Shown: positions 42,892 to 52,592, counted from the stretch's first letter. The stretch: DNA of 64,000 bases from an uncultured delta proteobacterium (GCA_963771465.1 CAVYTU010000008.1:1-64000), one strand, 5' to 3'. Numbers and translations are program-made. The notes: generated by a model not told the origin, from the letters alone.

Positions 42892-42907
42892 AGCAACATC
42901 CGTACCA
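42892..42907 (-). promoter_or_regulatory. Sigma54 (-24/-12) promoter upstream of the wza-like gene
   Basis: Minus strand reads TGGTACG-GATG-TTGCT, with correct GG to GC spacing. Confidence 0.8.
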
Positions 42908-42915
42908 GGATAAAG

Positions 42916-42932
42916 TGTAAGTATAAATTACA
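42916..42932. promoter_or_regulatory. TGT-N11-ACA palindromic box (candidate activator site)
   Basis: TGTAAGTATAAATTACA. Confidence 0.5.
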
Positions 42933-42997
42933 TTATAGGCGATTATTCACCCCCGCAGCCACAAAAATTATCGGAATTATAGACACATATAAGAATG

Positions 42998-43014
42998 TGT
43001 AAAATGCCCTAACA
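42998..43014. promoter_or_regulatory. TGT-N11-ACA box (candidate upstream activator sequence)
   Basis: TGTAAAATGCCCTAACA, about 90-105 bp upstream of the -24 element. Confidence 0.55.
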
Positions 43015-43106
43015 GCTCTTTTCAAACTCTACAAAGGGCAGTTTTGCCTTGAGATTTCGACACAAAGCAAACGTCGAACCCAGGTCGCGACCCGGTTAGA
43101 TGGAAA

Positions 43107-44514
43107 TCACTTAATACTTGTGCTGGTGGACGGAGCCGGGGAAGTGGAAGGCACGGGAGCGCTAGGAAACGGAGTTCTTAGAACTGGCGACATGCTGGAG
43201 AACGGCTGACTTCTAGCAAGTCCGGTATTGGGCCAGAGATCGAATCGTGTAGTAAAATTCAAAAAAACCGAGTTACTAGTCACGGTACCTCGCGATAGAA
43301 GTTCGGTGTTAGCTGCCCCAGCGCCGCTGTTAATCCAGCGATATGTATAACTCAGGCTGGAAGAAAGCCACGTTGCTAATTGATACTGCAAACTGATAAT
43401 CGATTCGAAGGTCTTGAAATTGACGTCTTCGGTATCGTTATACGAGAAATTAGTGTAGGCGTTAGCACTTGCGCGCTCCGACAGTTGAATACCGAAGTTT
43501 GAGAACAAGCTCGATGCTATCGGACACACCCGAAATACCATCACTCGGGACGAGCCCTTTACGCAGTCCTGCAGAAAAGGACGCGGTTTCCCATAGCTTA
43601 GTCACCGTAATTGTGGAATTATTGGCGACGCGAGGACCACTCGAGCTTGTGTTGAGCGAAAGGCCAGTACTCGCGGACAAGCTCAATGTTGGAGTTATCT
43701 GTATCGTATAATCCTGGCCGGTAAAGTAATCATCGCCAAAGTCGAAATCGTGAATCCATCCGTCATCGCTATTACGAGATTTTGTAATCGTAGCCGTGTA
43801 TCCGGCGTGCAGATTATGATCTTTTTGCCAGTTGTAAACTCCGCGTAATGAAAATGATTGCGACCATTCGTTTCCACCCTGCGTGACGAATTTCGTGTAG
43901 CGATTAGAATAGCCACCGTAAATGCTCATTTCGGGCCGAATCTGAAAATTCCCCTGGAATGCAAAATTATTTCTCAACTCCGCGCCGTTAGTAAAATCGC
44001 TTAAATTATTCCCTCTCGTCTGTGAGGTCTGCACGCTACTTGGGATCCCCGAGGTTGGAGTTAGCGGAGTCTGAAATCCAGCCGGCAATTCCGCGGTTCT
44101 CGTCCGCCCCTGAGGCTCGAACGAATTCGACACGCTAAACGTGAGCCGCGGTGAGTATTGATAGACGTAATCAAGATTCGATCCGGCATTGCTGTTCGTG
44201 GTAAATCCAAAATCATTGAGATCGCTATTCCGGGCGTAAATAAGCCCGCTCGGACTAATGTCTAGTTTAAGCGTCGGGGTCCCCTGACCCGTCGGCGCAT
44301 ATAACAGTGTTAGCGTTGGAGTTATGATCGTGACAAAGTCATGCTCTTTTTTCTTTTCGAAGAAAATGTTGTCACTGTACATCTCACCTACGGACAAGGA
44401 AAATTGGCTCGCGAACGCAGCCAACACGTCGCTTGGCACAAATGTAAAAAGGCTGACGGTGGCTGCCAGAACAAACTCACCCCAGATCTTTGAACGATTC
44501 CTTGTGCAGCCCAT
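43107..44514 (-). CDS. Outer-membrane beta-barrel protein of the EPS locus, frameshifted near 43500
   Basis: Signal peptide, E.YSDNI....HDFVT.ITP.L, alternating aromatic strands. ORFs 43462..44514 and 43107..43544 join. Confidence 0.8.
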
Positions 44515-45859
44515 GCCTCCTCATCTTTCTGTAGAGCGTTTTGTTGTCTACCTCAGCCTCACCGGCGGTCAATGAAATACCACCTTTGTGCTTAATCAGG
44601 AGACTCCTCAAGTATTCCTTCTCACTTCGATCCAGCCACTCTTTGAGATTAATACCCGCTTCACCGTTCATTGCGTAATAACGATCGACCACTCGCTGGG
44701 GCGGCGCCGGCAGATCTACATCTTCTATCGATTCTCCGGAGCTTTTGACTATAGCGCGCTCAAGAATATTCTCAAGTTCACGGATGTTACCGGGCCAGTG
44801 GTAGGCCAACATCTGGTCTAGAACTTGCGGCTTCACTTGTTTGATCTTTTTCTCCTGAGCCACTGGATGCTTGTTGAGAATATGGTTTATCAAGACCGGC
44901 AAGTCTTCAAGACGATCGCGCAAAGGGGGGAGCTGGACGGGAATGATGTTAATTCGATAATAGAAATCTTCGCGCAAAGTGCCCCGCGCCAAGCAGATTG
45001 TTAAGTCGACATTAGTCGCCGCCACCACCCGCATGTCCACCTTGACCTTGCGATTGCCTCCCAAGCGTTCAACTTCGCGCTCTTGGAGTACGCGCAATAG
45101 CTTTACTTGCATAGGCGGCGAGATCGTCTCAATTTCGTCGAGGAAAAGCGTCCCACCATCAGCCATCTCGATTTTCCCCGCACGGCTTTGCACCGCACCG
45201 GTAAACGCGCCTTTTTCGTAACCAAACAATTCACTCTCAAGAAGGGTGTCGGGAAAAGCGCCGCAATTGATGGCGACAAAATGTTTCGTTTTGCGGCGGC
45301 TCAAATTATGGACCGCGCGCGCGACCAGTTCTTTACCCGTGCCAGTCTCACCGGTGATCATAACTCCCGAATCGGTCTCAGCGAGAGATCGAATCAGGTC
45401 AAAAACCTTGAGCATTTTGGGGCTTTTGCTAAGAATATTCTCGAGATTATGCTCGACCTGAACCTTCTGGCGAAGCTCCCTTACTTCATCCAACAAGCGC
45501 CTTTTTTCGATAAGCTTTTCACTCACCAGTCGAATCGCTTCCGGCTGAAACGGTTTGGTAATATAATCGCTCGCACCAAGCTTCATAGCCTCCACGGCCT
45601 GCTTGATATTGCCGAACGCAGTAATCAATATGACATCAGTATCAGAGTATTTCTCTCTGACATGACGCGCCAGCTGAAAGCCGTCCATCCCCGGCATTTT
45701 GACATCGGACACGACCAAGGCAAATTTTTCCTCGGCTAATTTTGCAATTCCATCCTCTCCGCAGCCAGCCGCAGTCACGCGATAACCCTCTTGTTCATAA
45801 AATTGCGCGAGCTGTTCTCTGAGACGATCATGGTCTTCGACTATTAGGACATTGTACAT
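44477..45859 (-). CDS. Sigma54-dependent response regulator (NtrC/AtoC family)
   Basis: REC domain (VED, SDVKMP, KPF), GETGTGKE, GAFTGA, WPGNIRELEN, C-terminal HTH. Confidence 0.95.
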   Translation of the reverse strand: MYNVLIVEDHDRLREQLAQFYEQEGYRVTAAGCGEDGIAKLAEEKFALVVSDVKMPGMDGFQLARHVREKYSDTDVILITAFGNIKQAVEAMKLGASDYITKPFQPEAIRLVSEKLIEKRRLLDEVRELRQKVQVEHNLENILSKSPKMLKVFDLIRSLAETDSGVMITGETGTGKELVARAVHNLSRRKTKHFVAINCGAFPDTLLESELFGYEKGAFTGAVQSRAGKIEMADGGTLFLDEIETISPPMQVKLLRVLQEREVERLGGNRKVKVDMRVVAATNVDLTICLARGTLREDFYYRINIIPVQLPPLRDRLEDLPVLINHILNKHPVAQEKKIKQVKPQVLDQMLAYHWPGNIRELENILERAIVKSSGESIEDVDLPAPPQRVVDRYYAMNGEAGINLKEWLDRSEKEYLRSLLIKHKGGISLTAGEAEVDNKTLYRKMRRHGLHKESFKDLG

Positions 45860-45889
45860 AAATCACCAAAGCGTACCGGGTTCAGAACC

Positions 45890-47050
45890 TTATCCGTTAT
45901 CTCCCTGTGCGGGCGCATAGATAGGCAATAGAATCGTTACTACAGTTCCTCGTAGTTCTTCGCTCGAAACTGTAAGCGCGCCACCCTCAAGCTCAAATAT
46001 TCGAGCTGCTAAACTAAGCCCAAGTCCATCTCTTTCCCGCCGGGAAGTGAAAAAAGGCACCGTGGCTTGAGTTAGCGATTCCTGGTCCATACCTGAACCT
46101 GTATCCCGAACGATAATTTCCACCGAGGCAGGCAGGCCCGATTGAGTTTTACGAATATTCGCACTGATGTTAACAGAATCTCCAGTTCCTGTGGCATCAA
46201 AGGCATTTTGAAGAATAGATCCAAATGCAAGATCGAGAAAATGCGGATCGCCTCTAATTACAACCCCGGTCACAGCCCGCTGGAGGAAATTATTAACGGC
46301 AACATTCTTCTCCGCGAACGAGGCAATACACGACTTGATTGCGTCATCAACAAGCTCATCCAATGGAATCTCGGAGCGGCACGAAGGACCCTGGGAATAG
46401 GATGCAAAACTTCTAGTGAATTCAACCGTTCGATCGACTGCTTGCTGCAACTGATTAATCTCAGGAAGTTCCCTTCCGACGCGCCTCAAAGAGCCGAGCA
46501 AAAGATTAATCAATTGAAAGTGATTGCCAAGCTTATGGACGAACTCACCAACGCTCACCGCGTCAATATTTCTGCCCCAGATTTCGATCGAGATGGGAAT
46601 CAAACAACCACGCACATAAAAGCCCGTGCTTGAGGCAACCTTTCGCAGGCTGTGAGCCACCCAGACATGCAGCCCCCGCTCGTCGGTGATTCGGTGATTT
46701 AGGGACGTAACGTTACCCGGCGATAATTGCTCGAAATGGGAGATCAGTGCCCGGCGATCCGCCTCTGGCAATCGGTCTTCAAACAGGCTGCGGTTACCGA
46801 TCAATAGCATTGGAGAGATACCAAGAAGTTCAGAGCTATTTGACGAAACTCGCATGACCTTTCGGTCGGAGCGACACTCATAAATCACGCACGGCATGGT
46901 CGACGGGAATTCATCAAACCAATCCATTCCTTCTAAGCTCGCCAGCTCATTTACACACTCATCACGGCGCACCCCAGGCAAGGGCGGGTCAAGGTTGGAC
47001 GGTGACCGAGGATGGTCTATCTGTTTGGCCAATAGAGCGTATCCCTTCAA
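45890..47050 (-). CDS. Cytoplasmic sensor histidine kinase with PAS-like domain
   Basis: H-box FVHKLGNHF, N-box LQNAFDA, DTGSGM, PFFT, GLGL. No TM segments evident. Confidence 0.85.
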   Translation of the reverse strand: MKGYALLAKQIDHPRSPSNLDPPLPGVRRDECVNELASLEGMDWFDEFPSTMPCVIYECRSDRKVMRVSSNSSELLGISPMLLIGNRSLFEDRLPEADRRALISHFEQLSPGNVTSLNHRITDERGLHVWVAHSLRKVASSTGFYVRGCLIPISIEIWGRNIDAVSVGEFVHKLGNHFQLINLLLGSLRRVGRELPEINQLQQAVDRTVEFTRSFASYSQGPSCRSEIPLDELVDDAIKSCIASFAEKNVAVNNFLQRAVTGVVIRGDPHFLDLAFGSILQNAFDATGTGDSVNISANIRKTQSGLPASVEIIVRDTGSGMDQESLTQATVPFFTSRRERDGLGLSLAARIFELEGGALTVSSEELRGTVVTILLPIYAPAQGDNG

Positions 47051-47117
47051 AAGATCGATTCGTTGCTTGAACTATCTGGCATTTTTGCCATATCGGCTGA
47101 TTCAATTCAAGAAAATT

Positions 47118-47134
47118 TGTTAGCAAAGCTTACA
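47118..47134. promoter_or_regulatory. TGT-N11-ACA box
   Basis: TGTTAGCAAAGCTTACA in the AT-rich divergent intergenic region. Confidence 0.5.
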
Positions 47135-47227
47135 CTAAGACAATTTTAGAACACAACGGCAAGTCATTAATTTCAATTGAATTATACGTTTACTTGACAA
47201 CGGTGCCGTCGATTTCATTACTAATCC

Positions 47228-47244
47228 TGTAAACTATTTTAACA
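47228..47244. promoter_or_regulatory. TGT-N11-ACA box
   Basis: TGTAAACTATTTTAACA, followed by an imperfect copy (TCTGCTCCAGATTTACA). Confidence 0.5.
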
Positions 47245-47505
47245 CAATTGACATCTGCTCCAGATTTACAGCTATAGTGAACGTATCCAAGTCACTAAAA
47301 AACCTTAAAGATATAGGACCTTTACTGACTTCTAACGGGCGATCTCATTCGCGATCGCGTGGCGGACCGAGATCGATTATGCTAAATGATGCTGGGGACA
47401 GAGGGGGTCAGAAAGCAGAAGGCTGCGGCAGTATGGCAGTATACGGAGAATTTAACCTTACATACCATCGCCAGCTTTAGTTGCTATGGCTCGTGCTCAT
47501 CTTGG

Positions 47506-47521
47506 TGGCATACAACTTGCT
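47506..47521 (+). promoter_or_regulatory. Sigma54 (-24/-12) promoter of prsK-prsR
   Basis: TGGCATA-CAAC-TTGCT, ending 31 bp before the prsK ATG. Confidence 0.82.
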
Positions 47522-47552
47522 CGTAGGGATATGGTTTCACCGATAAAAATAA

Positions 47553-49664
47553 ATGAACTGGATCATCAACTCTAGTACGCTTCACATAGTGAACCTAGTG
47601 TTACTAGGCGGCCTAGTCGCCTACCTTGCGACCAAGGTCGCGCGACATAAAAACGTGGTGTTTATCCTGATCAGTCTAATGCCACTGTTGGCGTTGGAAA
47701 TCGGCGCGTATCTTTTCGAAAAATCTCAGACCCCATTTTCCGGCGCATTGCTTATCATCACGGCGATCGTTCTCACACCTGTTACCATCGTTCCGCTAAG
47801 CCATCTAATGAGTCGCCAGCGAACCGGCCGACGAAAACCTTTCTGGATTGCATTTTATGCCATACAAATTCCACTCCTCTTGTTCGTTCTCAGCGAGATT
47901 GCCGCAGGTCGCGTTGTCGAATGGGTGACCGGGATTTTAGAGCAGCCGATAATAATTATTGAGAAAGGTTGGCGCTACTATTTCCTGAACATCCTTGGCT
48001 CTAACATACTTGCACTGCTATGCTACGATCGGACGCTGCAAAATGCCGGCGAATCGGAAAAGGAGAAACTTAAGTTTGTCTTCATTGCGTTCTTAGGGTT
48101 TACCGTTTACTTCAGCTATCTGTCCGCCAACATCTTTCTATCGTCTTACGTGTCTCAGCCAACACTCAATACGGGAACAGCTGTAGTTCTCGGCGGCCTA
48201 GCATTCCTTTCGTATAGTTTTTTCAGGTACCCATTTTGGGAAGTCAGTATCCGGGTATCTCGTCGATTGGTATTTGGCCTTTTCTCCGCGATCGCGGCTA
48301 CGCTCTACCTAGTCGTCTCAGGCAGCATCCTGGACATCCTCCGATTAGCCGAACCACAGGCTTTAAGCCTGTTATTGCCGGTTCTGGCTTTCGCTTTCGT
48401 AGCTTTTTTGCTCGTTTTTTATCTCTCTCCCAGTTGTCGTGGCGCTCTACGCGGCTTTTTGACGAGGCATTTTTTCCGCAACAAGTATGACTATCGTGAC
48501 TTATGGATGAAATTCTCCGACCGGTCGAGTGGTTCATTGAGTATTCGCGAGGTGTTGCCGCGTATAGCGGAATTTGTCGCAGAAGCAATGTTCGTCCAAC
48601 AGGTTGCGATTTGGCTGCGCTCGCCAACTGCAGACTCCTTTAGCCTCGCTCACTGTTACGACAGCGGAATGATCCGCGTGGAAGGCGCGCTATCACTAAA
48701 ACTAGCGCGCGAGTACGCGGCAGGGGGAAAACAAATCCTTTACCAGGTTCCAGATACGAAGAACTCCAATACCAAGAGCGACTTCCCAACCGATAATCTC
48801 GCGTATTTAAGAGAATTAGGAATCGCGCGGATTGTGCTGGTTGAAAAAAACAGCGAAATTTTGGCCCTGTTGGGCATTGGTCGAGACGTCAGCAAGGCAA
48901 ACTCATCGGCCGAAGACGAACCGCTGCTCGCCAGCATCAGTAATCACCTGGGCAATTTGATCTTGACCCACAAACTGTCAGACGAACTTCTGCTATCGAG
49001 GGAATGGGAGTCATTTAACCGATTCGCGTCATTTATTCTTCATGACCTAAAAAATCTCGCGACGCTGCAGAGCATGACGCTAGAAAACGCCAAGCACCTT
49101 AGCCACAATCCAAATTTTCTCGCTGACGCTTTTCAAACATTTCATCAGACGACGGACAAAATGATCAGTCTCATCGCGAGCCTCTCAGTTCAACGTGGCC
49201 AGTTTTCCCTTAAGCAACAGCCGGTCAACATACTCAAAGTGATTTCCAGCACGTTTGAAGACCTTAAGATCACCCAGCGCAACGGCCTCAACGTGCGCAC
49301 GACATTTCCGCCGGAAGACAGAGCGCCAATCATCTCCGGTGATCCAGAGCTGCTGCAAAAGGCATTCACCAACTTATTGCTCAACGCGATCCAGAGCCTA
49401 CCCAAAGGACGAGGCGATGTGGAAGTCTCGGTATCACAAGAAAACAACGGCAAAATGACGGCGGCGATCCGCGACACTGGATGCGGCATTCCTGCCGACC
49501 GTTTAGAAAGTCTGTTTCGTCCATTTCAAACAACCAAAGAAAAGGGCATGGGAATTGGGCTGTGCCATACCCGCTCGATCATTGAAGTCCACGGCGGCCA
49601 GATTCGCATTGAGAGCCAGGTGAATCTGGGGACCAAGGTCGAGGTCGACTTGCCAACGCTATAG
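47553..49664 (+). CDS. prsK: PEP-CTERM system histidine kinase
   Basis: Multi-TM N-terminus, HFFRNKYDYRD.W..FS, GAF region, FNRFASFILHDLKN, PFQTTK..GMGIGL. Confidence 0.93.
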   Translation: MNWIINSSTLHIVNLVLLGGLVAYLATKVARHKNVVFILISLMPLLALEIGAYLFEKSQTPFSGALLIITAIVLTPVTIVPLSHLMSRQRTGRRKPFWIAFYAIQIPLLLFVLSEIAAGRVVEWVTGILEQPIIIIEKGWRYYFLNILGSNILALLCYDRTLQNAGESEKEKLKFVFIAFLGFTVYFSYLSANIFLSSYVSQPTLNTGTAVVLGGLAFLSYSFFRYPFWEVSIRVSRRLVFGLFSAIAATLYLVVSGSILDILRLAEPQALSLLLPVLAFAFVAFLLVFYLSPSCRGALRGFLTRHFFRNKYDYRDLWMKFSDRSSGSLSIREVLPRIAEFVAEAMFVQQVAIWLRSPTADSFSLAHCYDSGMIRVEGALSLKLAREYAAGGKQILYQVPDTKNSNTKSDFPTDNLAYLRELGIARIVLVEKNSEILALLGIGRDVSKANSSAEDEPLLASISNHLGNLILTHKLSDELLLSREWESFNRFASFILHDLKNLATLQSMTLENAKHLSHNPNFLADAFQTFHQTTDKMISLIASLSVQRGQFSLKQQPVNILKVISSTFEDLKITQRNGLNVRTTFPPEDRAPIISGDPELLQKAFTNLLLNAIQSLPKGRGDVEVSVSQENNGKMTAAIRDTGCGIPADRLESLFRPFQTTKEKGMGIGLCHTRSIIEVHGGQIRIESQVNLGTKVEVDLPTL

Positions 49665-49671
49665 CTGGCCG

Positions 49672-51093
49672 ATGAGAAAGGAAAGTATCGTGAAACCAAA
49701 GATCATGTTAGTTGACGACGAAGAAAACATTCTCAAACAGATGCGCTGGGCACTGGAGCCGGACTACGACGTTTTCACGACTTCAGATGAAGGCGAGGCT
49801 ATGAGCATCTTCGAACGACAGAAACCGCCAGTTGTCACTCTCGACTTGTCGCTTAACCCTCTCAATCCGGCGGATCTCGGCGGCTTGCGGGTGCTCGAAC
49901 AAATTCTGTCCCTCGAGCCGGCCACTCGCGCCATTGTCATTACTGGGAACGACGAGGACGTGAATGCCATGCGTGCCGTTCGTATCGGCGCGCTCGACTA
50001 TTATGCCAAGCCGATTCGTCTCGAAGAACTCAAAGTGATGATCAAACGCGCGTTTCATATCCATCAATTACAGCAGCGGGTACAGCAGAGCGATCCGACT
50101 TTGGGCGACGCGTTTCATGGTATCGTTGGATCGTCAAAAATCATGAAAGATATCTTCCGGTTCATTCAGCGCGTCGCCGCGTCCGATATTTCGGTGCTGA
50201 TCTGCGGTGAAAGCGGCACCGGCAAAGAAGTCGTCGCCCACGCAATTCACCGTCAGAGTCAACGGAAGGACAATCCCTTTGTGGTCGTCAATTGCGGTGC
50301 GATTCCGGAGAATTTACTGGAAAGCGAGCTCTTCGGTCACGAGAAGGGCGCTTTCACCGGCGCCCACGCTCAGAAACGGGGTAAATTTGAGCTCGCTCAT
50401 TCAGGGACGTTATTTTTGGATGAAATCGGGGAGTTGGCGCCGCCACTGCAAGTTAAGCTGCTGCGTTTCTTGCAAGACCGAAAGATCGATCGTGTCGGCG
50501 GCACGCAGCCGATCGAGGTTGATGTCCGGATCATCGCCGCTACCAACCGCGATTTAAAAAAAGACATGGAGAATCATGTTTTTCGTGAAGATCTATACTA
50601 CCGGCTCAAAGTCGTCCCGCTCGATATGCCGCCCCTGCGCGATCGTAAAGAAGACATCATTCCACTGGCGCAGTATTTTCTTAAAAAAGCTTGCTTAGAA
50701 CACCGCAAACCTCAGATGACCATGTCACCGGAAGCCGAGGGCGCGCTACTCATGCATCCATGGCGGGGTAACGTGCGCGAGTTGGAAAATTTAGTCAGCC
50801 GCTCGGTGGTATTGAGCCCGCGCCAGGTCCTCAAGCCGAGCGATCTAGGATTCGCGCTGGATCAGATTCCAACCGACGTCAATTTGAAATTCGCCCGCAA
50901 AGCGATTGAGAAAGACTTCGTCCAGAAAGCGCTTTATCGTAACGGCGGAATCGTTAGCCGCGCTGCACGCGAATTGGGCGTGAGCCGCGTGAATTTGTAT
51001 GAGCTAATCGATAAATATGAGATTCATGTTAAAGAATTCAAAACGTTGAGGACAGCAGGACGGACACAAATCAAAGGACGGGAGGTTTCCTAA
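49672..51093 (+). CDS. prsR: PEP-CTERM-box sigma54 response regulator
   Basis: KQMRWAL, PPVVTLDL.L.P, IVITGN, GESGTGKE, GAFTGA, ELGVSR..LY.L. Confidence 0.92.
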   Translation: MRKESIVKPKIMLVDDEENILKQMRWALEPDYDVFTTSDEGEAMSIFERQKPPVVTLDLSLNPLNPADLGGLRVLEQILSLEPATRAIVITGNDEDVNAMRAVRIGALDYYAKPIRLEELKVMIKRAFHIHQLQQRVQQSDPTLGDAFHGIVGSSKIMKDIFRFIQRVAASDISVLICGESGTGKEVVAHAIHRQSQRKDNPFVVVNCGAIPENLLESELFGHEKGAFTGAHAQKRGKFELAHSGTLFLDEIGELAPPLQVKLLRFLQDRKIDRVGGTQPIEVDVRIIAATNRDLKKDMENHVFREDLYYRLKVVPLDMPPLRDRKEDIIPLAQYFLKKACLEHRKPQMTMSPEAEGALLMHPWRGNVRELENLVSRSVVLSPRQVLKPSDLGFALDQIPTDVNLKFARKAIEKDFVQKALYRNGGIVSRAARELGVSRVNLYELIDKYEIHVKEFKTLRTAGRTQIKGREVS

Positions 51094-51094
51094 A

Positions 51095-52477
51095 TTGAAC
51101 CCACTGAGAAACAAACTCGAAGCGCACACCGCCACCGCTGCAGTGATCGGACTTGGCTACGTCGGTTTGCCGCTGGCCATGGAGATCGTGGCCGCCGGCT
51201 TTAAGGTCATCGGCATCGATCTCGATCAGAATAAGATCGCCACGTTGAAGCAGGAAAAATCTTATATACTGGACGTCCCGGAAAAAACCGTTGCCGACGC
51301 GGTTCACAGCGGCAAATTCACACCGACCGCCGACTTTAGCGCATTAGCGAAGTCGGACACCGTGAGCATCTGCGTGCCAACGCCGCTTAGCAAAAGCCGC
51401 GATCCCGATATTTCATTTATTTTATCGGCCACCGAAGAAATCCGAAAATACTTACACCCGGGCCAATTGATCGTTCTGGAAAGCACGACCTATCCCGGCA
51501 CCACCGACGAGTTGATCGTACCCGAACTCGAAACTTCGGGGCTTAAGGTCGGCGAGGACTTCTACGTCGCCTTCTCCCCCGAACGGATCGATCCGGGCAA
51601 CGCGTCTTTTAATACCCACAACACGCCGAAAATTGTCGGCGGCATCACCGCAGAATGTACTGAAACCGCGCGGCTCTTCTATTCGCAATTCATCGAACGG
51701 GTGATCCCGGTCAGCAGCACCAAGTGCGCTGAGATGGTCAAGCTGTTGGAGAACACGTTTCGCAGCGTCAACATCGGCATGGTCAACGAGCTCGCGCTCA
51801 TGTGCGATTTGCTCGGCGTCGATGTTTACGAAGTGATCGATGCCGCGGCGACCAAGCCGTTTGGCTTTAGCGCCTTCTATCCCGGTCCCGGCCTCGGCGG
51901 TCATTGCATTCCCATCGATCCGCATTACTTGGCATGGAAGCTCAAAGCGCTCAACTTTCAGGCGCGCTTCATTGGCCTGGCGGCAGAAATCAACGGCATG
52001 ATGCCGTCGGTCGTCGCGACGATGGTCGCCGATGGGCTCAACCGCGCATCGAAAAGCATTCGCGGCTCCAAAATCATGATTCTCGGCGTCGCCTATAAGA
52101 AAAATGTCAGCGACTGCCGCGAGTCGCCCGCTCTCGATGTCATGCGTCTGTTGAGCGAAAAAGGTGCAATTCTTTCCTACAACGATCCGCTCGTGCCGTC
52201 GCTGCGGCTCGGCGGCGCCGTGCTCCATTCCATTGAGGCCGCACCGGCGGAAATCGCCAAGCACGATTGCGTGATCCTGCTCACCGATCACAGCGTTTAC
52301 GACATTCGAAAGATTGTCGACGCGGCAAAACTGCTGATCGACACGCGAAACTCGACCAAGGATATCCAGGGCTACAAGGACCGCATCATCAAATTGGGCG
52401 CCGGTAACAACGTGCCGTCAATCTCAGCCCATGATGACGAGCATGAGCCGCTACCGGCTCGGGTAGCGGCGAGATAA
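51095..52477 (+). CDS. UDP-glucose/GDP-mannose dehydrogenase family (probable UDP-GlcNAc 6-dehydrogenase)
   Basis: GLGYVGLP, ICVPTP, LESTTYPGTT, FSPERIDPGN, GPGLGGHCIPIDP, GVAYKKNVSD.RESP. TTG start. Confidence 0.95.
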   Translation: MNPLRNKLEAHTATAAVIGLGYVGLPLAMEIVAAGFKVIGIDLDQNKIATLKQEKSYILDVPEKTVADAVHSGKFTPTADFSALAKSDTVSICVPTPLSKSRDPDISFILSATEEIRKYLHPGQLIVLESTTYPGTTDELIVPELETSGLKVGEDFYVAFSPERIDPGNASFNTHNTPKIVGGITAECTETARLFYSQFIERVIPVSSTKCAEMVKLLENTFRSVNIGMVNELALMCDLLGVDVYEVIDAAATKPFGFSAFYPGPGLGGHCIPIDPHYLAWKLKALNFQARFIGLAAEINGMMPSVVATMVADGLNRASKSIRGSKIMILGVAYKKNVSDCRESPALDVMRLLSEKGAILSYNDPLVPSLRLGGAVLHSIEAAPAEIAKHDCVILLTDHSVYDIRKIVDAAKLLIDTRNSTKDIQGYKDRIIKLGAGNNVPSISAHDDEHEPLPARVAAR

Positions 52478-52520
52478 CTTAATTGCAATTCGAAGTTCTC
52501 GGCCATCGACCGCAACAAAG

Positions 52521-52592
52521 ATAAGGGCCGGCTATTCACTCGGAGAATTCATTACTCATGACGAATTCCCGATAAAATAGCCGGCCTTTTAT
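52521..52592. terminator. Long imperfect hairpin between convergent genes (probable bidirectional terminator)
   Basis: ATAAGGGCCGGCTATT...AATAGCCGGCCTTTTAT, with inner arms TCGG.GAATTC / GAATTC.CCGA. Confidence 0.65.

Noticed and set aside
43030-43100. c-di-GMP riboswitch upstream of the wza-like gene
   Set aside because: Only short hairpins; the GEMM-I GAAA tetraloop/receptor and second stem are not identifiable.
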